Assembly (NCBI GenBank): GCA_963835065.1
Contig: CAWIEK010000053.1
Location: forward strand, 480,001 to 544,000
DNA length: 64,000 nucleotides
Source: an uncultured Chthonomonadaceae bacterium
GTDB taxonomy: Bacteria > Armatimonadota > Chthonomonadetes > Chthonomonadales > Chthonomonadaceae
Reading direction: 5' to 3'
The translations under genes were made by a program, and so were the position numbers. The notes under the pieces are model-generated. The model saw only the letters and a list, made by a program, of their open reading frames with translations. It searched no databases and was not told where the DNA came from. This document shows, piece by piece, positions 48,329 through 61,595 of the stretch (positions within the stretch are counted from its first letter, which is position 1; each line of letters begins with the position of its first letter).

Positions 48329-49577
48329 TTATAGCAGGTCGCGCAGGGTAAGAACGAGCGGAAAGGTCCTGCCGTCGCGTTCCACTGTGAGCGGCAGTTT
48401 CATACCCGGTTCGCCGCGTACCACATCGCGTAACTTCAACAATGTCCACACTTTCGCCGGTCGTCCCGCAATATTAACAAGATGGTCGCCCACCTTCAAC
48501 CCCGCATCCGAAGCGGGACTGTTCGCCATAACAAACAGGATGTCAAAACCATCAGGCGCAATCGTTGGAATGAAACCTGCCCGGTTGAATACGGCTTTCT
48601 TCCCGTACAGCGCGTTCTTCTCCAGGTAGAACCGGCGGTGCGGCCAATCCAATGTCAGCGTGAACTGCCGCAAAACCTCGCCCCCCAGCATACCGTCCTG
48701 AGAATAAGAGCGATTGGTGAGACCAACAAGCGTATTATGTACGGGCAGTGTTTTGCCCAGCATCAGGGTATTGTCGCGGGCGTACCATGCCGTGACCGGA
48801 GTTCCGGCAACCGCCGTCCCTGCCGGATACTCGACAAGTTGAGGGTACTGATCGCGCAGATGGTTGCTTTGCGCAAAAGAGGCGGACAGTTCCAGTCCCC
48901 CGCTGGAAGTGGTGTACACTTCAAAGCGCCCCGGCACTCCGGCAATGCTGCCTGTAACGCACAAATTGTCATCTGCATCCACCGTGAATGGCAGCAACTC
49001 TCCCTTGCCTTTGTAACGGAATTTATCGGGCAGGGTCAGGCTCATACGCTGATGTTCGTAATCCACTGTGACCACGAACTGCGCCAGGAAGTCCGCGCCG
49101 AGGATGCCCTGTCCAGGGAAGCCGACGGGCGGATCATAGACATACAGCGTCAGGTTTTTCAGCGTGGCTGTGCCGATTTGCATGGTAACGGCTGTGCTGA
49201 TTTTCGCCGGGCCACCCGCTTCCGACCCGGTATCCGCCTGAACGTTCCCAATAATCGGCAGATTGAGCGCAGCGGCAACGTCCCGGTTGAGAAAACTGCC
49301 CGTTGCGCCGGTAGCCAGCAGGAACGTATACGGTCCTTTGCCGTTGAGTTCGAACTTCTATGGGAATCTGTCCGTGCGCGGCAAGCGCAGCCACGAACGG
49401 AACCGTGACGCTCGGCTGCCCGTTGGCAATACCGGCGCTGAGGGGCGGCGGGTTTTGGGCGGCGCAGGGCCGCAAGACAGACGCGCACAGCCCGCAAAGG
49501 ATGAGCAGCACAGGCAAAACGCGCCTGCCCGCATTGACCGGCAGGAACAGAGCGCGAACAGCATAGCACAGCAGCAT
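48329..49577 (-). CDS. Secreted tandem retropepsin-like + PDZ protein (one frameshift near 49352)
   Basis: VELNGKGPYTFLLATGA, GILGADFL, GMLGGEVL, NSPASDAGLKVGD. Confidence 0.75.
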
Positions 49578-49757
49578 AATAACGTTTCCTTCAACACGAA
49601 CAACGCGCAACGCCTGCGCATCGCTCCCTTCTCCCTTGCAGGAAGAACCGCGCCCGACTGCCACATTCGCCTTCTCCCTGACAGGGAGAAGGCGACCGAA
49701 GGCCGGACGCTTTCATAGAATGGTGTGCCTCCTGCCAGAATGTACCCGGCATAGAAA

Positions 49758-50660
49758 TTACGGTTCGCAGACTACGCGGAAGCCGACGAATTTGCCGTCC
49801 GCAAGCCACCAGCGGCTTTTGGGAAGCTGCGGGTCCGTCGCCTGCCATTCGGGAGTTTGACGCTGCCGCGAAGTGGGCGCGATTTGATCGGGCTTGTCCA
49901 GAAATGTGCCGCCGCACAGGATTGGCTTGCCATCCGCGTCCATTGCCCACTCGCCCACGTTGCCGAGCATGTCGTATAGTTTCCAGGCATTGGGCAATTT
50001 CTTGCCGACGGGATGCGATTTCTTGTCGCTGTTGTCGCCGTACCACGCCAGTTTGTCCAATTGCGGCGCGGTTAGTTTTGCCGGCTTGTCGTTTCCCGCG
50101 CGGCAGGCGTATTCCCATTCCGCTTCCGTTGGCAGGCGGTACTTTTTGCCCGTTTGTGAGGACAGCCAGCGGCAAAACATGGTTGCCGACAAAATACTGA
50201 CGTTGATGACCGGGTAGCCGTGATGCCCCCATCCCAAATCCGGCAGTATGTAGGACTTGCTCGGACGGGCAACCGCGTCAATGGGGTATTTCGTCTGGTC
50301 ATAAGCGGGGGAGGGCGGGCCACTCGCCATAAACACGTCGAAGGCTTCCCACGTCGTCTCCGTATTCGCCATCCAGAACGGTTTTACGGGCGTTTTCCTG
50401 CCGCCCATTTCCACATTGCCGCCGGGAATGGCAAGCATCTCCAGTTTCACCACCGAACCGGGCAGGGTTTGCGAGTAGGGTTTCAGCGGCGCAGAGGCGG
50501 GCGGCGCGGACGCAGGCTTTTCCTGCTTTATGGCGGCTGTGCCCTGCGCGTTCGGCTTTGCAGGCGTCAGAGGTACAATAAACAGTGCCGCCGTTGCCGT
50601 CAACACCCTTGTTGCGCGTAACGCATTGGGGGCGCGACGGGCTGCCGCCAATTGCTGCAT
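49758..50660 (-). CDS. FGE/SUMF1-domain protein (start uncertain)
   Basis: YRLPTEAEWEYACRAG, PNAWKLYDMLGNVGEW, GFRVV. Confidence 0.9.
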   Translation of the reverse strand: MQQLAAARRAPNALRATRVLTATAALFIVPLTPAKPNAQGTAAIKQEKPASAPPASAPLKPYSQTLPGSVVKLEMLAIPGGNVEMGGRKTPVKPFWMANTETTWEAFDVFMASGPPSPAYDQTKYPIDAVARPSKSYILPDLGWGHHGYPVINVSILSATMFCRWLSSQTGKKYRLPTEAEWEYACRAGNDKPAKLTAPQLDKLAWYGDNSDKKSHPVGKKLPNAWKLYDMLGNVGEWAMDADGKPILCGGTFLDKPDQIAPTSRQRQTPEWQATDPQLPKSRWWLADGKFVGFRVVCEP

Positions 50661-50688
50661 ACAGAAATTATTGAGGCTTCTTTTTAAG

Positions 50689-51826
50689 ATGCGATTATTC
50701 AAAACCCGACAAATCCTTTCCGAGTTGCTGGTTTCCGCGTTGATTTTCTCCATCGGGCTGCTGACGCGAAATGCGCGGGCAGACGGCAGCGAAATTAACC
50801 CGCTATGAGTATACCGAATACCACATGGGCGTGGACGTTCGCATTGTCGCGTATGCGCCCGATACCAAAACGGCGGAACGCGCCTGCGCAGCCGCGTTCG
50901 AGCGGTTCGCCGAACTCGACACCATGATGAGCGATTACCGCGCCGACAGCGAACTGATGCGGCTGTGTGACCGGGCCGGCGGGCCTCCCGTTCCCGTCAG
51001 CAATGATTTGTTTCGCGTTTTGGAACGGGCGCAGCAGGTCGCGCAGCAGAGCGGGGGCGCGTTCGACGTGACCTGTGGCCCGCTCGTCGCATTGTGGCGC
51101 AAAGCCCGCAAAACGCATATTCTGCCGACAATGAACGAAATCGAAGAGGCGCGTACACGGGTCGGCTGGCAAAAGATGCAGTTAGATGCGCGTCAACATA
51201 CCGTTCGCCTGCTCGTTCCCGGCATGAAACTGGATTTGGGCGGCATCGGCAAGGGCTACGCCGACGATTGCGCCCAACAGGTTCTCAAAAAATACCATAT
51301 CACCCGCGCCCTTGTCGAAGCCGGCGGCGATATTGTGGTCAGCGACCCGCCGCCCGGTGAAGCCGGCTGGAAAATTCAGGTTGCCAATGCGGTGGGCAGG
51401 GAACAGGGAACAGGGAACAGGGAACAGGGAACAGAAGAGAAGAAGACAGAAGACAGAAGACAGAAGACAGAAGCGCAATCGGCAATCCGCAATCCGCAAT
51501 CGGCAATGTCTTCATCCTTCATCCTTCATCCTTCATCCTTTGCCGTGCCCGTCCTGCGGTTCGCCAATTGCGCGGTTTCCACCTCCGGCGACACGGAGCA
51601 GTTTGTGGAAATCGGCGGCAAGCGCTACTCCCATATCGTTGACCCGCGCACCGGGCAGGCGTTGACCAACCGTATTCAGGTGACGATTATTGCCCGCAAC
51701 GGCCTGACTTCCGACAGCCTTTCCAAAGTGGCGAGCCTGCTGGAACCTGAAGCGAGCGCAGGGGTAATGAAAATGTACCCCGGCACAACCGCTTACGTCC
51801 GCAAGATTTCCACAGACGGGCAGTAG
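50689..51826 (+). CDS. apbE: FAD:protein FMN transferase ApbE (signal peptide frameshifted near 50790; in-frame repeat insert)
   Basis: HMG, SDY..DSEL, GAFDVT.GPL, LDLGGIGKGY, AGGD, STSG, YSHIVDPRTG. Confidence 0.9.
51397..51540 (+). repeat. Four consecutive heptamer arrays inside apbE
   Basis: (CAGGGAA)n(GACAGAA)n(CAATCSG)n(CATCCTT)n. Confidence 0.95.
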
Positions 51827-51939
51827 GCTTTGTCTTGAACCATGATTAGGCATGATTTTAGTGATTATCATGATTGGGTCGGTTCTTCGTCATGTTAATC
51901 CGCCTAATCATTTAAATCATGGTTCAAGACAAACAACGG

Positions 51940-53082
51940 CTACTCTGATATTAGCGGCAGGGAAATCGGCTGCCCGCCCTGCGCGGAAGACTGGCGTAGC
52001 GCGAGTACAATCTCCTGATCCAAACGTCCCTGAAAGGCTCCATACGTCGGCTCGGCATCATTCCGAACGGCGTCTACGAGACTTTGTATACAGCCTGCGA
52101 CGCCAATCTCATCGTCATGCCACTGCATCCCGTGTCCCTGCTTGACAGCGCGGAACGGGTTTTCCCATGTTACCGTTGGTAAGGTTGGGTCGCCCGTATG
52201 CGCCACAACCGCGATTAAAGCCCCGCCGTCCACGCGCTCATAGCGGCGCTCGATGCGCAGAAAACGGGGCGCTTCTTCACCCGGCGTGAGCAGGGAAAGA
52301 TGCTCCTGCAAATCGGGATACACGCCCGTTGTCACGCCCATGCCCTTTTCAGCCAGAAAACGGCTGCTCCGCCACCAGCGCAGGGGCGAGTCATAGCCCA
52401 CGCTTGTCCAGTGGTACACCCCCGTTTGCCCGCCTTCAAACGCAATCAGGGCGTGTTCCTGCGTTTCGTTTCGCGCCCCGTGCTTGTTTTCCAGGCGTGA
52501 CCAGTAGGGCGTGAGCGGGTATTGCCGCGCTATGCCCGTTATCTGCGTCGGTTTGGCATCAAAACCGATGTAACTGCGCAGGACGCTTACGCCATGATAG
52601 CCATGCCCCGCAAAATCGTTGAAGGCGGTATGCACACTGCCGAACAACCCCGACGCCAGCAGTTTTAATTTGATCTGCTCCATCGGGCGGCGGTGAAACT
52701 GTTCAGCGATCTCGATTTTGACATTGCGCCGCTTCGCCGCCTCGATAATCGCGTCCGCTTCGCTGAGTTTGTGGGCAATGGGGGTTTCCAGCAGCACATG
52801 CAGCCCCTGCTCCACCGCCATCAAGCCCACTTCGCCGTTCGCGCCATAAGCGACGGAAACGATCCCAATTTGCGGGGAAACATCCCTCATCAGACGCGCT
52901 ATATCCGTAAAATGGGGTACGCCCAGACTTGCGCCCAGCGCCTGCGCCGACGCTTCGCTCCTGCCCCACACGCCCACGAGTTCCACATCCGGCAGGGCGT
53001 GAATCAAAGGGCCGTACAGATAATCCGAGCGTTTCGCCGTGCCAATAATCGCCACCCGAAGCGGCGCAATAGAATTCGCCAT
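51940..53082 (-). CDS. Gfo/Idh/MocA oxidoreductase
   Basis: RVAIIG, HVLLETPIA, GYHG. Confidence 0.85.
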   Translation of the reverse strand: MANSIAPLRVAIIGTAKRSDYLYGPLIHALPDVELVGVWGRSEASAQALGASLGVPHFTDIARLMRDVSPQIGIVSVAYGANGEVGLMAVEQGLHVLLETPIAHKLSEADAIIEAAKRRNVKIEIAEQFHRRPMEQIKLKLLASGLFGSVHTAFNDFAGHGYHGVSVLRSYIGFDAKPTQITGIARQYPLTPYWSRLENKHGARNETQEHALIAFEGGQTGVYHWTSVGYDSPLRWWRSSRFLAEKGMGVTTGVYPDLQEHLSLLTPGEEAPRFLRIERRYERVDGGALIAVVAHTGDPTLPTVTWENPFRAVKQGHGMQWHDDEIGVAGCIQSLVDAVRNDAEPTYGAFQGRLDQEIVLALRQSSAQGGQPISLPLISE

Positions 53083-53099
53083 TAAGTTTGTCTCCTGCC

Positions 53100-54524
53100 T
53101 CAAAGCATAATTTCTTTAATGACCTCGCCGTGAACGTCGGTCAAGCGGCGGTCTATGCCGTCGTGCCGGAAGGTCAGGCGCTTGTGGTCAATCCCCATCA
53201 GGTGCAGCATGGTGGCGTGAAGATCGTAGCAATAGGTGGGATTTACGGCGGCTTTGTACGACCATTCATCCGATTCGCCATACGAGACGCCGCCTTTGAT
53301 GCCGCCCCCAGCCAGCCAGTTCGTGAAGGTGTAGGGGTTGTGGTCGCGTCCCTTGCCGCCCTGACTGCACGGCATGCGCCCGAACTCCGTTGTCCACAAA
53401 ACGAGCGTGTCTTCCAGCAGGCCGCGCTGTTTCAAATCCATGAGCAGAGCGGCAGCGGGTTTGTCCATGCTCGCGCCCATATCGCCGTGATCGCGCGCCA
53501 AATCTTCATGCGAGTCCCAGTTGCGGCGAGGGAAGCCGTTGTCCGCGCCGCTCCACACCTGCACGAACCGAACGCCCCGCTCCAGCAGCCGCCGCGCAAT
53601 CAGACAGCGCTGTCCGAAATCCGCCGTAACGGCATCGTCCAAACCGTACAAAGCCCGGATTTGCGCTGTTTCCGTCCGTATATCCAGCGCTTCCGGCGCG
53701 CTCAACTGCATCCGCGCGGCCAGTTCATAGGATTGGATGCGGGCCGCAAGACGGGAATCGTCGCCGCGTGATGCCTGGTGTAACCGGTTCAAGCGATTGA
53801 GCAGGGCAAGACCGTCCGTTTCCGCGCCGGGGGTGATGCCGCTGCCCTGTGGCGGAAACAGGTCGTGAATCGGCGGCGTACTCCCCGCCCTCACCGCTGT
53901 GCCCTGCGTGGAAGCGGGCAAAAACCCCGCGCCCCAATTCGCGGGACCATTGGGCGGCACGCCGCGATTGTCGGGGAGAACCACAAACGAAGGCAGATTA
54001 GCGTTCAGACTGCCCAATCCGTAACTGACCCACGCGCCCATGCTTGGAAAACCGGGCAAAATAAAGCCCGTACTCTGCATAAAGGTGGCCGGGCCATGCA
54101 CATTGGATTTGGATACCATCGCGTACAAAAACGCCATATCGTCCGCGCAGGTTGCCAGATGCGGCAGCAGGCTGCTCATCCACCGTCCCGATTGACCATG
54201 CTGCTTCCATGCCCAGGGGCTTGGCATGATACTGCCCGGCGCGCTCTGGAACAGTTCGATTTTGCCGCCCGGATCGAACTTCTGCCCGCCCCGCTTGATG
54301 AGTTCCGGCTTGTAATCGAACGTGTCCACCTGGCTGGCCGCGCCCGACATGAACAACTGCACGACGCGCTTCGCTTTGGCCGGATGGTGCAGCCCGCCGT
54401 TCCCATCCGGCCTGCCCTTGCCGCTTTGCCGCCCCTCCGCCTGTGCCGCCTCCATACCGAGCAGATACGCCAGCGCCACCCCGCCCAACCCACTCCCCGC
54501 TTGCAGCAGTTCCCGCCGATTCAT
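53100..54524 (-). CDS. DUF1501 domain protein
   Basis: MNRRELL, LFMSGA.SQVDTFDYKP, RGVRFVQ, WDSH, EFGRMP, GRDHNP. Confidence 0.93.
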   Translation of the reverse strand: MNRRELLQAGSGLGGVALAYLLGMEAAQAEGRQSGKGRPDGNGGLHHPAKAKRVVQLFMSGAASQVDTFDYKPELIKRGGQKFDPGGKIELFQSAPGSIMPSPWAWKQHGQSGRWMSSLLPHLATCADDMAFLYAMVSKSNVHGPATFMQSTGFILPGFPSMGAWVSYGLGSLNANLPSFVVLPDNRGVPPNGPANWGAGFLPASTQGTAVRAGSTPPIHDLFPPQGSGITPGAETDGLALLNRLNRLHQASRGDDSRLAARIQSYELAARMQLSAPEALDIRTETAQIRALYGLDDAVTADFGQRCLIARRLLERGVRFVQVWSGADNGFPRRNWDSHEDLARDHGDMGASMDKPAAALLMDLKQRGLLEDTLVLWTTEFGRMPCSQGGKGRDHNPYTFTNWLAGGGIKGGVSYGESDEWSYKAAVNPTYCYDLHATMLHLMGIDHKRLTFRHDGIDRRLTDVHGEVIKEIML

Positions 54525-54563
54525 GAATCACTCCTTCATCTCAATCTATTTTTCTCAACCTTC

Positions 54564-57845
<3,282 letters not shown>

Positions 57846-58067
57846 AGGTATTAACTCAGGCTTGCCTACAGCCGCAGGAGCGCTGCCGCGCGTAAACAGG
57901 GAAAGCGGTTGTCGGCTACATTCGCGCACAGCAGGCGTATCTCCCGACGCAATTCGGTGTATCATGCCGGATTGTGGCAGATCGAATGGGTGGTGGCGGA
58001 ATTTGTCTCTTCTGACCCGATTTGGCGCGTTATGTCTGCTGCGCTTTGCGACACGCGGAATGTAGAG

Positions 58068-58416
58068 ATGTTACCACAAAAAATTGAATGAGGTTCTCTT
58101 GAAAATAAACCGTTCCCTGACCGCCTTAAGCCATTGCCTGGCCGAACTGAGTACCCTGAGTTTTCCTGACGCCCATACGCAGCGGTTTAAGGACTGGCAT
58201 GCGTATACCGTCAAAACGCTTGCCGAACTGCCGGGCAATAATGCGCCTGCCCTGGCGGAGTTTAACGCGATCCGCTTTGTGCCCCCGCTTCCCGCAGCAC
58301 TCGACGAGCAGGAGGCCACCTGGCGAACCGGGAGAAACGCCGCGTACACGCTGCTGACAACCCTGCGCTTTCGACCCTACACCACGCCGAACGAACTGGA
58401 TGCGCCATATAGTTGA
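58068..58416 (+). CDS. Hypothetical protein (probable poly-A frameshift near 58080)
   Basis: ATG at 58068 (MLPQK) joins ORF 58084-58416 across an A run. Confidence 0.5.
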
Positions 58417-58453
58417 TAGTGTACTTAACACAACGGTAACAAAGAGGTTTTCC

Positions 58454-60523
58454 ATGTCTGATACTCCCGATGGCTTTACAACTCGCCTGCCTGCCGTGCT
58501 GTATGGCGGGGATTACAACCCGGAGCAGTGGCCGCGCGAGATTTGGGATGAGGATATGCGCCTGATGCGATTGGCGCATGTCAATATCGTTTCCACGCCG
58601 ATTTTTGGGTGGGTCAGCCTGCAGCCGGACGAGGACACGTTTACATTTGAATGGCTGGACGACATTCTGGACCGCATGGCGAAGAACGGCGTATCGGCCT
58701 GCCTTGCCACCGCAACCGCCGCCCAACCCGCCTGGCTCGACCAAAAATACCCCGATGTTCTGGTCGTGGATGAAAACGGCAATCGGCGCAGGCATGGCAA
58801 CCGGCACAGTTTTTGTCCCAATTCGCCCAACTTTCGCCGTCTGTCTACCGGACTGGCGCGGCGCATTGCCGAGCGCTACAAAAACCATCCCGCCCTGCTG
58901 CTGTGGCACGTCGGCAACGAGTACGGCACGTACTGCTACTGCGAACAGTGCGCGTCGGCGTTTCGCAATTGGCTGCGCGTTCGGTATGGCAGTCTGGACG
59001 AACTGAACCGGCGTTGGGTGACGGCATTTTGGAGCCACACGTATACGGATTGGGCGCAGATCGAGCCGCCGTTTGCCAATGGCGAACGCAGTATGCAGGC
59101 TTTGCGTTTGGATTACCACCGCTTTCAGTCCGACAGCCTGTTGGGATGCTTCAAGGCCGAGGCCGATGTGCTGCGCGAGGTGACGCCGGGTGTGCCGGTT
59201 ACGACGAACCTGATGGGCGCGTTTTATCCGCTCAATTATCGCCGGTGGGCGCAGGAAATGGACGTGGTTTCGTGGGACAATTACCCGCGCCCCGAAGAAC
59301 CGATTGCCAATGTCGCCTTTAACCATGCCCTGATGCGCGGCTTGAAAGAAGGCCAGCCGTTTCTGCTGATGGAGCAAAGCCCCTCGCAGCAGAACTGGAT
59401 GCCGTACAACGCGCTGAAGCCGCCGGGAGCCTTGCGGGTGCAGTCGTATCAGGCGATGGCGCAGGGGGCCGACAGCGTGATGTATTTCCAGTGGCGGCGT
59501 TCGCGGGGGAGCATCGAAAAGCTGCACGGCGCGATTGTGGAGCATAGCGGCAGCCCCAATAACCGGGTGTTCCGCGAGGTGGCGGAAATCGGACGGGAAT
59601 TGAAAAGCCTGGGCAGCCGGACATTGGGCGGGCGCGTTCCCGCTCGCGTGGCCGTGCTGTTCGATTGGGAGAACTGGTGGGCGCTGCGCTTTTCCAGCGG
59701 GCCAAGCGTGGATTTGGATTACGTGAAAGTGTGCCGCGCCTATTACGCCGCGCTACACAATCTGGGCGTACAAACCGATATTGTCGCGCCGGACGCCGAT
59801 TTGTCCCGCTACGAGGTGATTGTCGCGCCCCTGCTGTATTTGCTGCGCCCGGAACATGCCGCGCAGATTGAACATCGCGTCCATGCCGGAGCCACGTTCC
59901 TCACGACGTTCTTCAGCGGCCTTGTGGACGAAAACGATCTTGTGCATGAGGGCGGCAGTCCCGGCCCGCTGCGCCGTCTGCTCGGCCTGAGCGTGGAGGA
60001 AACGGACGCCCTGCCGACTGCGAAAACCAACGGCCTGCGCCTGACGCAAACTTTCGGCAAACTGGAAACCGATACCGTGTACGCTTCCGGGCTGCTGTGT
60101 GACCGCCTGCGCATGGAAGGCGCGGAAACGCTCGGCGTGTATACGGACGATTTTTATGCGGGCGAGCCGGCCTTGACGCGCAATCGGGCCGGGCAGGGGC
60201 AGGCGTACTTTCTGGCGACGCATCTGGAAGAAGCCGGGTTACGCGCTATTTTGCAGGCAATTTGCGCGGAGCATAACATCGTTTCCCCACTTGCTGACGG
60301 CGCAATCCCGCCGCCGGATGTGGAAGTGACGCAGCGCAAAACGGGCGACGAACCCGCCCTGCTGTACCTGCTCAACCACGCGCCCGCGCCCGCAGAAGTG
60401 ACGCTCGCAAGCGGCCACTACACGGATTTGCTGTCGGGCGAAACCTTTACGGAAACCGTGACGCTGCCCGGACGCGCCGTTCGTATTCTGGCGGCAACAC
60501 CCTTAGAGTCCGTAAATCTATAA
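58454..60523 (+). CDS. Beta-galactosidase, GH42
   Basis: YGGDYNPEQWP, WHVGNEY, TTNLM, SWDNYP, LMEQSP, YFQWRRS...EKLHGA. Confidence 0.95.
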   Translation: MSDTPDGFTTRLPAVLYGGDYNPEQWPREIWDEDMRLMRLAHVNIVSTPIFGWVSLQPDEDTFTFEWLDDILDRMAKNGVSACLATATAAQPAWLDQKYPDVLVVDENGNRRRHGNRHSFCPNSPNFRRLSTGLARRIAERYKNHPALLLWHVGNEYGTYCYCEQCASAFRNWLRVRYGSLDELNRRWVTAFWSHTYTDWAQIEPPFANGERSMQALRLDYHRFQSDSLLGCFKAEADVLREVTPGVPVTTNLMGAFYPLNYRRWAQEMDVVSWDNYPRPEEPIANVAFNHALMRGLKEGQPFLLMEQSPSQQNWMPYNALKPPGALRVQSYQAMAQGADSVMYFQWRRSRGSIEKLHGAIVEHSGSPNNRVFREVAEIGRELKSLGSRTLGGRVPARVAVLFDWENWWALRFSSGPSVDLDYVKVCRAYYAALHNLGVQTDIVAPDADLSRYEVIVAPLLYLLRPEHAAQIEHRVHAGATFLTTFFSGLVDENDLVHEGGSPGPLRRLLGLSVEETDALPTAKTNGLRLTQTFGKLETDTVYASGLLCDRLRMEGAETLGVYTDDFYAGEPALTRNRAGQGQAYFLATHLEEAGLRAILQAICAEHNIVSPLADGAIPPPDVEVTQRKTGDEPALLYLLNHAPAPAEVTLASGHYTDLLSGETFTETVTLPGRAVRILAATPLESVNL

Positions 60524-60633
60524 CTTCTTGCTTTTTTCAGTATCTCCTGTTTCTTATGTCGAAACGTTCGCCGGTGAAAAGTTCAAGCGGTGTTACAGCA
60601 AAGTGCAGCCGACAGCACAGGCTCCTGATACGA

Positions 60634-60665
60634 CAACAACCTGCTCGATAATGAGCAGGTTGTTG
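60634..60665. terminator. Hairpin between convergent genes
   Basis: caacaacctgctc-gataat-gagcaggttgttg. Confidence 0.6.
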
Positions 60666-60701
60666 GTTCAAGGCTTGCCCGTAGAGTGAGAAAGCGCCGG
60701 T

Positions 60702-61412
60702 TCACTTGGCAAAGGGAGCGTCCGTGAGCTTGGCATCTTTGGGCGGCGTGAAAACGAATAGGGACGCCGGCAGCGTTTTGTTGATCTGGATGTTGGTAAT
60801 GAGGGTGTCGGAATTGGTTACTTCGCCCTGCTTTGTTTTGGAATATGAGACAATCCGGCGCAGCAGCTTGTCGGGGCCGATGTAAAGCTGACGCTTATTC
60901 ACCACCGGATGCGACACGTCAACTTCAATGACTTGGCAGGCCACGCCGCCAACGCTGCGGGTTCCAAGATAGCGCGTGGTGAAGGTAAACACGCCCATCG
61001 GGCCTTTGGAGAGACTGTCGGGCATGAAGAACATCGTACCGACTATATTGGAGGAAAGCGCCAGGAGGGGAAGAGAAGAAGCCTCTTTAGTATACTGGTT
61101 GACCTCTTTGTCGTACACCCACAGGGTTTCCCCATCCGAGTAAACAGAGGTCACGAAAGCGGAGCCGCTGACGTACTTTCCGGTGGTAATCACAACCGCC
61201 TGACCGGGTTTTTGCAGTTTGTAGGTTATCGTCTGCTGGTTTAAGTCCTTGCCAGCCCCAACATTCGTGACTGATTGCGCGGTGAGCGTTTGCGCCGACC
61301 GGTAAGCCTCTTTCATGTCTTTGAGCAGCGTGTCCGCCTTTTGATCCGCCTGCGCAGTGGCACAACAGCAGCAGAGACTTCCTATCAGGCACAAAGCCGA
61401 GTGAGTTTTCAT
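60702..61412 (-). CDS. LolA-like/DUF2092 exported protein
   Basis: Signal peptide; LQKPG, SDGETLWVYD..NQY, FVFTPPKDAK; GGAGG RBS. Confidence 0.8.
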   Translation of the reverse strand: MKTHSALCLIGSLCCCCATAQADQKADTLLKDMKEAYRSAQTLTAQSVTNVGAGKDLNQQTITYKLQKPGQAVVITTGKYVSGSAFVTSVYSDGETLWVYDKEVNQYTKEASSLPLLALSSNIVGTMFFMPDSLSKGPMGVFTFTTRYLGTRSVGGVACQVIEVDVSHPVVNKRQLYIGPDKLLRRIVSYSKTKQGEVTNSDTLITNIQINKTLPASLFVFTPPKDAKLTDAPFAK

Positions 61413-61595
61413 TGTCTAACCTCCGTAAGCATCCGCTAAACTGCTTACACGCCTGATTCTACAATAAGTATGCTTACATAAACATGTACGCAGGCATGTA
61501 AGCAGAAAAAATGGAATGAGAGAAAGGGTTGTGAGGCAACAGCAAATTTCCTGGTTTTCACAACCCATAGCCAATCAACGACGTTTCTTCAAGGT

